DNA from: Terrimicrobiaceae bacterium
GTDB taxonomy: Bacteria; Verrucomicrobiota; Verrucomicrobiia; Chthoniobacterales; Terrimicrobiaceae
Assembly (NCBI GenBank): GCA_041752695.1
Contig: JBGSVZ010000063.1
Coordinates: 1 to 25,669, forward strand
Length of the DNA: 25,669 bases
Direction of reading: 5' to 3'
Position numbers and translations under genes: made by a program
The notes under the pieces: model-generated
Seen by the model: the letters and a program-made list of their open reading frames with translations, nothing else
What the model was told of the DNA's origin: nothing
Database searches by the model: none
Part shown: positions 1 to 8,665 of the stretch, piece by piece
Layout: every line of letters begins with the position of its first letter
Numbering within the stretch: position 1 is the stretch's first letter

Positions 1-1833
1 GGCACGGGCCGCGGAGCCCGCGGGGGGATTCCAGGTCTCCCCGTCCTCCCTCGCGTAGCTCACTTCGCTGGTCACCGCCACGCGTCGCCGCGGGGGATCG
101 ATCAGCCACTTTCCGCAACGATCCTGCACGGCCGGCAATCGCACCTCATCGGCAGCCAGTTGCAGGGTGGCCGCCAATCCCCGGGCGACGAGACGCTCCG
201 GCTTCAGTCCTTTGAGCGAAAGCAGCGGCGCCGCCGCACGCAAAAATTCCTCCGCCGCAAAGACGTCGTCGCCTTTCAATTGGAGCGCCTTCCGCACCCA
301 GGCCGCAGGCGTGATCGAGCCGTCCGGCGCGAACGTCCCGACCGTGACCTCCTTCCCATAGCGAAAGCCGTCCACATCCTGGATTTTGCCCAGCCGGCCG
401 GGGCCGAGCGGCTCCACCACTGCAGGCGCGCGCATGGCGGGAACCCAGCGATCCTGTCGTCGCGCCCACGCCAGGGAAACCGGCTGGTCGGCCCGGGCTG
501 CATCGCGGCTTGGCTGCCATTCGCCTTGGCTATTAAAAAACTCCTCCCGCGTGGGGCCATAGTGGCTCGCGGTCACGGGTTCGTCGCTCTGCCGCTCGAA
601 GCCCAGCGGAACTCTCTGTCGGCTAAAGAGGCGCTCACAGGCCTCGCCGGCGCGGTCTATCCCATTGGCACCGTCCGCCTCGGCGCGCTCCATGATGCGG
701 AGCAACGTGGGCCAGTCGATCTGGTTGATGCGTTGCAAGTGCCGCGGGGCCGCCCCGTGCAGGCGGGGGCTGTCAGCCGACACGATCACGTGTCCGGTTT
801 CGTCGAGGCCCCGACGCCCCGCCCGGCCAAACATCTGCAGGAGTTCGTCCGGCCTGAGTTCTCGCGTGAACGGCCCGTCCTGATAAGTCGTTCCCGCGAC
901 CAGGACAGAGCGGACGGAAAAATTGATCCCCGCCGCCAGCCCTGTCGTCGCCACGATGACGTGCAGGTGGCCATTTTTGGCCAGCGGTTCGATCCAGCCC
1001 GCCCGCGCCGCGTAGGGCAGGCCACTGTGATGATAGGCCACCCGGCGGCGCACCAGCTTCGCGAGATCTTTCCCCAGCAGCGTTTCCTGTACGGGGTCGA
1101 CGGTGATGGGGGATCCGGCAGGCAATCCCTCAGCGACCTGACGGGCGATCTTTTCCGCTTCCAACCGGCGAGGGGCGAAAATGAGCAACGGGGAAAGCCG
1201 GGCCGCCACCACCCCCGCTGCCAGTTTCTGCCAATAGCCTTCCACGCGCGGCAACCGCGGAAGGCGCTCCACCGGAAATTCCTCCAGCGGCACCGGTCGA
1301 TCTCCCACCTCCACCAACTCGACCGTGCGCCCCAGCCGATCCATCCAGTGCGCGATATCCGTGGGATTCCGCACGCTCCCACTGAGAAGAAGCAATTGAG
1401 TGGTGGCCGGTGCGAGGGCGATGGCCAGCTCGTAATTGAGACCGCGTTTTTCGTCCGCGATCATCTGATATTCATCGAGTACGATCATCCCGGGAGCGTG
1501 CCCGGCCAGAAATCGCTCGCGCTGGGTTTCCAGGGTCGCGACCACGACGGGTGCCTTCACGTTTTCCGCCACATCGCCCGTCGCAATCCCCACATTCCAG
1601 CCCCTCGCCCGCCACTCCGCCCATTTGTCATTGGCCAGCGCCCTCGTGGGCACGGTGTACACCGCCTGCCCCCGCCGGCCGGCAGCTCCGCTCTCGACAT
1701 GAAGCGCAAAGATTCGCGTTTTTCCCGCCCCCGTCGGTGCCGAGACAATCACATCCCGACCGTCCCGAAGAGCCCTCACCGCCTCCTGCTGCCAAAGGTC
1801 GGGAATATCAAGGGCAAGCTGGAGACCGGGCAT
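1..1833 (-). CDS. Superfamily 2 Ski2/HelY-like DExH-box helicase (3' end runs off the window)
   Basis: Manual minus-strand translation from ATG at 1833: MPGLQLALDIPDLWQQEAVRALRDGRDVIVSAPTGAGKT (motif I), YTVPTRALANDK (Ia), VATLE (Ib), IVLDEYQM (II), LLLSGS (III), LQMFGRAGRRGLD (VI). In-frame TAA lies just upstream (1843-1845). No stop seen in the stretches I translated, including bases 1-180. The + strand ORF 160..1944 is its antisense shadow. Confidence 0.92.
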   Translation of the reverse strand, partial: MPGLQLALDIPDLWQQEAVRALRDGRDVIVSAPTGAGKTRIFALHVESGAAGRRGQAVYTVPTRALANDKWAEWRARGWNVGIATGDVAENVKAPVVVATLETQRERFLAGHAPGMIVLDEYQMIADEKRGLNYELAIALAPATTQLLLLSGSVRNPTDIAHWMDRLGRTVELVEVGDRPVPLEEFPVERLPRLPRVEGYWQKLAAGVVAARLSPLLIFAPRRLEAEKIARQVAEGLPAGSPITVDPVQETLLGKDLAKLVRRRVAYHHSGLPYAARAGWIEPLAKNGHLHVIVATTGLAAGINFSVRSVLVAGTTYQDGPFTRELRPDELLQMFGRAGRRGLDETGHVIVSADSPRLHGAAPRHLQRINQIDWPTLLRIMERAEADGANGIDRAGEACERLFSRQRVPLGFERQSDEPVTASHYGPTREEFFNSQGEWQPSRDAARADQPVSLAWARRQDRWVPAMRAPAVVEPLGPGRLGKIQDVDGFRYGKEVTVGTFAPDGSITPAAWVRKALQLKGDDVFAAEEFLRAAAPLLSLKGLKPERLVARGLAATLQLAADEVRLPAVQDRCGKWLIDPPRRRVAVTSEVSYAREDGETWNPPAGSAARA

Positions 1834-1957
1834 AATGGGAATTTAAGCGAACGAACGGAACATGCCAGAGTGGGTCCGCGGAAAGTGGCAGCCACGGCGC
1901 GAGGCTCTGCGCAAAAGGCTTCGGAACGCCCGAAGTTACGGTAAGATGGGAGCTTTG

Positions 1958-3358
1958 ATGAATCTACCCACCCCCCACTCGGGCTTTTCTGGCGCAATCT
2001 GGCCAGCGGTACCCAAGGCTCCCGCGGCGGCTTTTCTCTCCGTCCTCGAGCAGTTGGCACGTTCGCAATTTCGCCCGGTGCAGGAATTGGAGGCCGACCG
2101 GCTCCCGCAGATTCATGCTCTGGTCGATCACGCCTGTCGTGCGTTCCCATTCTGGAGCCGGCGGTTTCGCGAAGCAGGCTTGGGACAGGAAGTGATGCAG
2201 GGAGGCGGGCTCGATCTCGGGGCCTGGAAAGAACGCTGGGCCGCACTCCCGGTGCTGACACGAGCGGAGGTTCAAGAACTGGGAGATGAACTGCGCACGA
2301 CCCAACTGCCGCCGGGCCATGGGAAGATTCTCGAATGCGTGACCTCCGGTTCGTCCGGCCGACCGGTGCGGTTCGCGCGGTCCACGCTGGACCTTTTCTA
2401 TCTGCACGCGTTTCAACTTCGCGAGCATGTGTGGCGGGGACGGGACTTGTCGGGCAAGTTTCTCTCTGTCGTGCGGGACGACCATCGGGAGGGAAACGAA
2501 GGCCTCCACCTTCGGGAAATGCCCACCTGGGGAGCCCCGGTTTCGGTGGTCTGGCCGACGGGCCCCTTCATTTTGGTGGACTATCGCGCGCCAGTGCATG
2601 CGTTGATCGACACGATCCGAGACCAGGCGCCGGACTACCTCTGTTCTTTCCCCTCGCTCCTCTTCGAGATCGCGCGCCAGATCCGAGAGCGGGGAATTTC
2701 GATGCCTGCCATCCGGGAAGTCATCGGAATGGGGGAGGCGAGTCCGCCAGAGCTGGCAGCGTTATGCAAGGAGATCTGGGGAGCCCCTTATACATCCACC
2801 TACACAGCCGCGGAATGCGGTGCCATCGCTTACGAATGCCGGGAAGAGGGGCGCTGGCACGTCCAGTCCGAAAGGGCGGTCGTCGAAGTCCTCAATGCCA
2901 AAAATCAGCCCTGTGAAGCCGGCGAGACAGGGAGGGTTGTGTTGACTCCCTTGCACAATTTTGTCATGCCCCTCTTTCGCTACGAGATCGGCGACCTTGC
3001 CACGCCGGGCGACGGGCCGTGTCCGTGTGGAAGGAAACTTCCGGTTCTCGCTGCCATCCCTGGAAGGGCCCGCGATTTGCTAATGCTTCCCTCCGGAGAA
3101 TTGCGCCCCCCCTATTATGGTCACGGCGCGGTGATGAAAGTTCGCGCCATCCGCCAGCATCAGGTGATTCAGACTTCTCCCAGCGAGCTCTGTTTCCGTC
3201 TCGTCGTGTCCCGGCCGCTGACGCAGGAGGAGGAGCAGCACATCCTTCAGCGTGCCTCGGAGTCGGTCGGGAACGGTGTGGCCATCCGCCTCGAATATGT
3301 GCCGGAGATTTTGCGCCGGGCCAGCGGCAAATTCGCGGAATTCGAGCGGACGTTTTAG
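1958..3358 (+). CDS. Phenylacetate-CoA ligase family (PaaK/CapK-like) adenylate-forming enzyme
   Basis: Adenylation motifs TSGSSGRP, YTAAECG, RYEIGDL, GRARD and C-terminal SGKF. Start placed at ATG 1958, preceded by GGAG; ATG 1946 is an alternative. Substrate unknown. Confidence 0.85.
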   Translation: MNLPTPHSGFSGAIWPAVPKAPAAAFLSVLEQLARSQFRPVQELEADRLPQIHALVDHACRAFPFWSRRFREAGLGQEVMQGGGLDLGAWKERWAALPVLTRAEVQELGDELRTTQLPPGHGKILECVTSGSSGRPVRFARSTLDLFYLHAFQLREHVWRGRDLSGKFLSVVRDDHREGNEGLHLREMPTWGAPVSVVWPTGPFILVDYRAPVHALIDTIRDQAPDYLCSFPSLLFEIARQIRERGISMPAIREVIGMGEASPPELAALCKEIWGAPYTSTYTAAECGAIAYECREEGRWHVQSERAVVEVLNAKNQPCEAGETGRVVLTPLHNFVMPLFRYEIGDLATPGDGPCPCGRKLPVLAAIPGRARDLLMLPSGELRPPYYGHGAVMKVRAIRQHQVIQTSPSELCFRLVVSRPLTQEEEQHILQRASESVGNGVAIRLEYVPEILRRASGKFAEFERTF

Positions 3359-3385
3359 GGACAAGGGAAGCGCCGGCCAGCCGGG

Positions 3386-3934
3386 CTATCGGACGCTTTC
3401 GGGTCCACGGAACACAACGTTCCGGCGAAAGGCGACCAGCAGAAGGGCGGAAAAAATGAGTGTCGTTGCCGTCGGTTCGGGAACCACCGCGAAAGTCAAG
3501 AGCGTGCCCGCAGGCAGCAGCAGGGTGGCACTCTGATTCGGAGCTCCGCTCGATTCGATCCGCAGGCCCTTGATGTCCAGGGGAACGTCAAACGGGGTGA
3601 AGTTATTACCCGTGTAGTTACTGAGAGGATTCGTCGCGAAAAAAGGAAAACCAAAGTTTCCTGAACTAAAAATCTGGAAGTACTGATCGACGTTATTTTC
3701 GTCTTCGTAGATCGCGCTGATCACCATCGATCCGAACTCCCCGGTGTTCACCGTCCCGGCGCTGATGGAAACCAGCTCGGTGGCATCGACGACCTCGGGG
3801 AAGAAAACCTGATAGTCCGCCCCCAAATACTGGTCCGGGATGGTCACGCCAAAGGTTTCATCGGCCTGGGCACTGGGGGCCGCTGCGGCCAAAAGAGCTC
3901 CCGCAGAAACCGCCGCATAGTGTTTTCGATTCAT
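3386..3934 (-). CDS. PEP-CTERM sorting-domain surface protein
   Basis: Signal peptide MNRKHYAAVSAGALLAAAAPSAQA; C-terminal VPEP, hydrophobic stretch TATTLIFSALLLVAF, then RR. ATG at 3934. Confidence 0.88.
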   Translation of the reverse strand: MNRKHYAAVSAGALLAAAAPSAQADETFGVTIPDQYLGADYQVFFPEVVDATELVSISAGTVNTGEFGSMVISAIYEDENNVDQYFQIFSSGNFGFPFFATNPLSNYTGNNFTPFDVPLDIKGLRIESSGAPNQSATLLLPAGTLLTFAVVPEPTATTLIFSALLLVAFRRNVVFRGPESVR

Positions 3935-4003
3935 AAGTGCTGTCGTGTGGAATTTTTCACCCAAGTCCGCCAGCCGGAGAGAAGCTTGCGGAACTTGTCG
4001 GAC

Positions 4004-4058
4004 AGAATGGGGCCGGATGTTTGTGCGTCAAGCCGATTAGACGGTTCTAAATAGAACC
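4004..4058 (-). promoter_or_regulatory. Candidate sigma70-like promoter of the PEP-CTERM gene with an upstream palindromic site
   Basis: Minus strand TTGACG (4031-4026), 16-nt spacer, CATTCT (4009-4004). Perfect palindrome GGTTCTA-AA-TAGAACC at 4043-4058. Confidence 0.35.
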
Positions 4059-4089
4059 ATGGGGAGGGTGGTCGGGGCGGTGTTTCCGG

Positions 4090-4526
4090 CCCACCGACGC
4101 CAGCGATCGCGGCGCGCATCGGTTCACTGAGACTGCCAGGAAACCGTCGAACGGGCGGGCGAGTTCCCAGATCACGACCAGCGCGCCGAAGACGGACAGG
4201 GCGGATGCCGCCATGGCAACCGCCACCATGGCATTGCGGGGAGCGAAGACACTGTAGCTGATAAAAATGACGGCCAGCCAGCCGACGACGACCGCGAGCA
4301 GAAAGGGCGAAATTGACGGGGCGGACTTGGTATATAAACCCGAGCTGATTTCGAAGGTGTCATAAATGTCTCGACTCGCTTCCTCCTTCAGCCTGGTTTG
4401 CATCTAGTTCCCCGGCTGCAGCTTCCTGATGGAGATGTACGCCTGATCGCCGGTCGCGATGCGGGGTGCCAGCCGGGCGGGGAGGTCGGACCTTGACGCC
4501 CAGATGTGGCTCACAACATGCGCTAA
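4090..4526 (-). pseudogene. Decayed DUF4239 / bestrophin-like membrane protein gene remnant
   Basis: Reads ...HIWASRSDLPARLAPRIATGDQAYISIRKLQPGN*MQTRLKEEA...LLAVVVGWLAVIFISYSVFAPRNAMVAVAMAASALSVFGALVVIWELARPFDGFLAV, then a 1-nt frameshift near 4129 to SEPMRAAIAGVG. In-frame TAG at 4404-4406 and no N-terminal half. The FAPRN and ELxxPFxG motifs recall the DUF4239 C-terminus. Confidence 0.72.
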
Positions 4527-4570
4527 TTACTGGATCCTTCGCCCGTAGCTAATGACGAAAAGGCCAACGC

Positions 4571-5962
4571 TCACTCCTTGCGCCAGACTTTGATCGACCG
4601 GATGGTCATGTCGCCGCTGTCTTCATTGTAGGGCGAGTCGTCCTTGGCTTTGACGGCGACGTTGGTGAGGGGATACCACGTTTCGCCTTTGAAGGGGTTG
4701 GCGTAGCGCATGGTCTCGACGCCATTGACGAACATGGTGATCCATTCGGGATCAACCGTCACGGCGTGAGTGTGAAATTCGCTGTCGAGGGTGTCGGGTT
4801 GGCCGAAGGAGCGCATTTTCATGTGCATGGCGGGCCGGGTGAACGTCCGCTCCAGTTTGTCGCCGCCATGGAGATTGGTGGAGAGATCGGAGGCGAATTT
4901 CCACGATCCATTGTAGCCGAAACCTTCATAAACATCGATCTCCGGCGGCCATCCTCCCGTTGGTATTAGCCAGAGCGCAGGCCAGGATCCGAAGCGATTC
5001 GGCATTTTGACCACCCATTCGACGCTCCCATATTTGAAATACGTCTCCGGGGTTTTATGTCCTGAGAGCATGGCGGCCAGAAAAGGGTAATACATGGCCG
5101 GAGTGCCGACCTTGACCGGTTCTTCCAGCCGTCGGGAGGAGAGAACCAGGCCGTCTTCGGTGCGGCGAAATCCGTTCATCGCCACCGTTCCATAATATCC
5201 CGTCTCGCCATTTCCAACCTGGGTGCGACCGTGGGAGAGGGCGGTGGAAAAACGGTTTGGCCCACCTTCGTCGTCAAACTGAATGGTCTCCCCGGTGGCC
5301 GAGTAGCTAAGTTGTCCCAGGGGCTCGAATTTCATCCGCTCGCGGCCTCCTTCGATCGGATTATTGACCGCTTCACCCCTCGCGGTGATGACGATGCCAC
5401 CGCCTTTGCGCTCCCCGCCGTCGGGCACATGAGGTTGCACCGCCTTCACGGTCGCGCCCTCATTCATCGCCCGGACGGCAAAAGTGGCCGTCTTGGTGAG
5501 AGGGTCACCGGGGTAGAAAATGACGGCCTTGGTGGTATCAGGATCAGCGCGACCACCCTCGCCATCGAAAACCCGCACGTGGGCGATCACGGTGTTCGGG
5601 CTGGTTTTGTCGAGAGTGACCGGCACATGAACCTCGGTGGCACCCACGGCGACGTCGAAATTTTCAATTCGGACATTGGCGACCGGGGGATACTTCTTTC
5701 CGCCCTTGTAGGGATCCCCGTCGGCCGGGCCCTGGAGGACTTTAGAAATACGTCCGATGGCGTCGCGGGCGGTTTCCGCATTTGGACGGATCTCCGGCCC
5801 TGCGTTCTGCGTCACCTGATCGAGGGCATTGCGGGCTGTTTCGGCGTCCTGTCGGACCGCCTGAATTTGTTCAGGCGTCAGCGTTTGCGCCATCAGTGTG
5901 GCAACATAACCGGAAAAGATCAGGACAGCGGCCGTTTTTAAGGGAGGGAGGCGAAGAGGCAT
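4571..5962 (-). CDS. Secreted glycoside hydrolase family 16 protein
   Basis: WPALWL and catalytic EIDVYE (ExDxxE) motifs, FHTHAVTV strand, N-terminal signal peptide, and an Ig/Calx-beta-like segment (VPVTLDKTSPNTV...VIFYPGD.LTKT). Confidence 0.88.
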   Translation of the reverse strand: MPLRLPPLKTAAVLIFSGYVATLMAQTLTPEQIQAVRQDAETARNALDQVTQNAGPEIRPNAETARDAIGRISKVLQGPADGDPYKGGKKYPPVANVRIENFDVAVGATEVHVPVTLDKTSPNTVIAHVRVFDGEGGRADPDTTKAVIFYPGDPLTKTATFAVRAMNEGATVKAVQPHVPDGGERKGGGIVITARGEAVNNPIEGGRERMKFEPLGQLSYSATGETIQFDDEGGPNRFSTALSHGRTQVGNGETGYYGTVAMNGFRRTEDGLVLSSRRLEEPVKVGTPAMYYPFLAAMLSGHKTPETYFKYGSVEWVVKMPNRFGSWPALWLIPTGGWPPEIDVYEGFGYNGSWKFASDLSTNLHGGDKLERTFTRPAMHMKMRSFGQPDTLDSEFHTHAVTVDPEWITMFVNGVETMRYANPFKGETWYPLTNVAVKAKDDSPYNEDSGDMTIRSIKVWRKE

Positions 5963-5971
5963 GATGAGGGA

Positions 5972-5999
5972 AGGTTAAGGAAGCGTAACGTCCTCGCAA
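5972..5999 (-). promoter_or_regulatory. Candidate promoter for the GH16 gene
   Basis: Minus strand TTGCGA (5999-5994), 16-nt spacer, TAACCT (5977-5972), 9 nt before the ATG at 5962. Confidence 0.3.
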
Positions 6000-6104
6000 A
6001 GTAGCAGACCTCCTTGGTCCGGCGTTAATCCGAATCCGACTTCATTCCGGTGTTTTTCCGACGAAAACAGAAGGCGGCGGGCCCGCGCTCGCGTCGGCAA
6101 GCCG

Positions 6105-6488
6105 TTAGCGCGCCATTTTCACCGCGGCATCGGCAAGCAGCTTCGTGGCGTAGGTCGAGATGACAGGCTTGAGCAACGGAAAAAGGAAGCGGGCCAGACC
6201 GAGGAGGACGGCGACGAAGCCTGTCCGGGCAACGACCTTTTCCTCGGAGCGGCCGGGGCTTTCGCCCGGCAGGGCCGGCTTCGTAATGGTCTTGGTGCGC
6301 GTACGCGTTTTCGGACCGGCCAGCATCCAGCCCAGCGCGGCCGCGCCGCCAAACCAGGCCAGCGGATTGCGGCGCACCACACGATTGAATTTCGCCTTCA
6401 CGTCCAGTTCGCGGCGCAGGGCCGAACAATCGCGGGCCATCTCAGAGCGGCTTCGGGCAAGCTCAGCAACAATCTGGTCCTTCGTCAT
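6105..6488 (-). CDS. Small membrane protein, YqjK/DUF3618-like third gene of the DUF883 operon
   Basis: MTKDQIVAELARSRSEMARD...RRNPLAWFGGAAALGWMLAG. Start overlaps the upstream stop (ATGA at 6485-6488). Confidence 0.7.
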   Translation of the reverse strand: MTKDQIVAELARSRSEMARDCSALRRELDVKAKFNRVVRRNPLAWFGGAAALGWMLAGPKTRTRTKTITKPALPGESPGRSEEKVVARTGFVAVLLGLARFLFPLLKPVISTYATKLLADAAVKMAR

Positions 6489-6904
6489 GGCTTGAAATTT
6501 TTTAATGCGGCGAAATCCCGCTGCAACTCCGCGGAGGTTGCAGTGAAGACGGGCGATTTGAGTTTGGTCTTCAGATAAACCAGGCACGCAGCCACGCCGA
6601 GAAAATGCAGGATGCCAAGCCCCAGGGAGATCCAGATCCAGTCCATGCGAAAGAGGTGGGCAACGGCAAAGGCCACAAAAATGAGCGTGAGCAAATAGCC
6701 AAAGATCAGCAGAATCAGCGCCACCCCAAGCGCGATAAGCGCGCGGACATAAACGCCCGCGGCTTCGCGCGATTCGAGACCGGCGAGGGCGAAGAGGGCC
6801 TGAAGATGCTCCCCGAACGAGGAGAGAAACTTCAGCAACTCCGCCGCCACGCCGCGGTTGGGTTCCCGCCCCGGACCGGGAGGCGGTAGGACAGAATCCG
6901 GCAT
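6485..6904 (-). CDS. YqjE-like / phage holin superfamily III membrane protein
   Basis: LFALAGLESREA, two hydrophobic helices, C-terminal F.AT.AELQRD; directly downstream of the DUF883 gene. Confidence 0.8.
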   Translation of the reverse strand: MPDSVLPPPGPGREPNRGVAAELLKFLSSFGEHLQALFALAGLESREAAGVYVRALIALGVALILLIFGYLLTLIFVAFAVAHLFRMDWIWISLGLGILHFLGVAACLVYLKTKLKSPVFTATSAELQRDFAALKNFKP

Positions 6905-6911
6905 CGTTGGG

Positions 6912-7319
6912 CTAGCGGCGGAAAATCACGCCGAGGACAAATCCGACGCCGACAGCGATGCCGACCGCTTTGAGCGGGTTGTCCCGAATGTAAGTTTCGG
7001 TCTCGCCTTGGAAGTCCTGCGCTTTGACGCTGGCACCGTCGATCGCCGATTTGGCGCGGCCCTTATAATCCTCCGCCAGATTCTGCGCCTGGCCGCGAAT
7101 CTCTCCGTACTTGGCCGTGGCGGCTTCGGAAACATCCTTGGCGGCGGCGGTCAAATGTTCACGTCCGGCCTCGTAGGCGGTCTGGGCGTGTTTTTTTACG
7201 GTTTCCCCGACGGCTTTGGAAGCTTCGGTCGCGGCGTCGAGGGCCTTTTTGGCATGTTCGGCACTGCTTTCGAGTTTCTTGGCGGCAATGGTATTTTTCT
7301 CGGTATTCGTCTCGGACAT
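6912..7319 (-). CDS. DUF883 family (ElaB/YqjD-like) tail-anchored protein
   Basis: Ala/Lys/Glu-rich helical body ending in YIRDNPLKAVGIAVGVGFVLGVIFRR. Confidence 0.88.
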   Translation of the reverse strand: MSETNTEKNTIAAKKLESSAEHAKKALDAATEASKAVGETVKKHAQTAYEAGREHLTAAAKDVSEAATAKYGEIRGQAQNLAEDYKGRAKSAIDGASVKAQDFQGETETYIRDNPLKAVGIAVGVGFVLGVIFRR

Positions 7320-7437
7320 AAGCCTGATAGGTTTAAGGCGTTATTTTGCACGGAAGCCGGGGCGGACGCAAGCTCCGAAGGCGCAAGTTCGCCGGTATTG
7401 CCCTCGGGAAATCCCCGTGGTAGCCATCAGGGAGATT

Positions 7438-8514
7438 ATGCAGTCTGCCTCTTCCTTTGCCCCCGGCCGTGTCGAACTCCTTGGCAATCATACCGATTAC
7501 AACGGAGGCGTGGTCCTCTCCGCGGCGATTGATATGGGAATCTCCGCCCGGGGCCGGCTTCGGGACGGGGGCCGCATCGTGCTCTCCAGCGACGGCATCG
7601 ACGGCAAGGTGGACGTTGGTTTGGCGGGACTCGCCGCCAGTGGCTCCTGGGCCGATTATCCGCTGGGCGTCGCGAAGATGCTGAAGGACGCCGGGTATCC
7701 GGTGGGCGGCTTTGAGGCGGAGTTTTCCAGCACACTGCCCCTGGGAGCCGGGCTGTCGAGTTCCGCCGCCATCGAAGTCTGCACGGCAGTGTTGTTGATG
7801 AAACTTTTTGCGTTCGACATGGACCGCCTTGATCTCGCCAAACTCTGCCGCAAAGCGGAAAACGAGTTTGTCGGCGTGAGTTGCGGGCTGCTCGACCAGG
7901 TCTCCTCCATCTTCGGAAAAAAGGAACATGCCATCTTTCTCGATTGTCGCGCCGAGACGGTGGAGAATGTGGCCCTGCCCGAAGGCGTGGCGCTGCTTGT
8001 CGTGAATTCCGGGGTGAAACATGCCCTGACCGGAGGCGAGTACAATGAGCGGCGCGACCAGTGTTTCGAAGCGGCAAAAATTCTGGGGGTTCCCGCTCTG
8101 CGCGACGCCACCAGCGCCCAACTGGCCGCGGCGGACATGCCCGAACTCGTCAGACGCCGCGCCGCCCACATTACCGGGGAAAATGAACGCGTTTTTGAAG
8201 CGCTGGCGGATTTGCGCCGGGGGAGCGCAGCGGTTTTCGGCCGGAACATGAGTGCGTCACACCGGAGTTCGAGGGAAAATTTCGAAAACAGCACCCCGGA
8301 ACTCGACGCCCTGGTGGAGATCGCATCTGGGCAGGACGGAGTGCTGGGCGCCCGACTGACCGGAGGGGGCTTCGGAGGGGCGATTGTCGCGCTGGTCGAA
8401 AAATCGCGCATCTCCCAGATCGCGGCTGCGGTGGAGAAAGAATACGCCTTGCGAACCGGACATCACGGAACCGCCTATCAATGCCAGATCGGAGACGGGG
8501 CTCTTCCTGCCTGA
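7438..8514 (+). CDS. galK: Galactokinase
   Basis: APGRVELLGNHTDYNGG, PLGAGLSSSAA (GHMP ATP loop), CGLLDQ, YNERRDQC, GARLTGGGFGG. ATG at 7438 after GGAG. Confidence 0.95.
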   Translation: MQSASSFAPGRVELLGNHTDYNGGVVLSAAIDMGISARGRLRDGGRIVLSSDGIDGKVDVGLAGLAASGSWADYPLGVAKMLKDAGYPVGGFEAEFSSTLPLGAGLSSSAAIEVCTAVLLMKLFAFDMDRLDLAKLCRKAENEFVGVSCGLLDQVSSIFGKKEHAIFLDCRAETVENVALPEGVALLVVNSGVKHALTGGEYNERRDQCFEAAKILGVPALRDATSAQLAAADMPELVRRRAAHITGENERVFEALADLRRGSAAVFGRNMSASHRSSRENFENSTPELDALVEIASGQDGVLGARLTGGGFGGAIVALVEKSRISQIAAAVEKEYALRTGHHGTAYQCQIGDGALPA

Positions 8515-8665
8515 AAAGCGGCACAGTTTTTCCTTCCCAATCGGTGGCAAAAATCTACTCATCGCGGTGAACGAGGGCCTTTTCATTTCTCCGATGGCTG
8601 ATAAATTCCCAAATCGATGATGTTGCAAAGGTTAAGGAACAACGGCAAAACAAGGATCTCCGCGC

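Noticed and set aside
160..1944. 594-aa + strand ORF
   Set aside because: Antisense shadow in register with the minus-strand helicase; Arg/Pro-rich with no motifs.
6485..6904. Holin-like gene as evidence of a prophage
   Set aside because: No endolysin, structural or integrase genes; the context is the cellular DUF883 operon.
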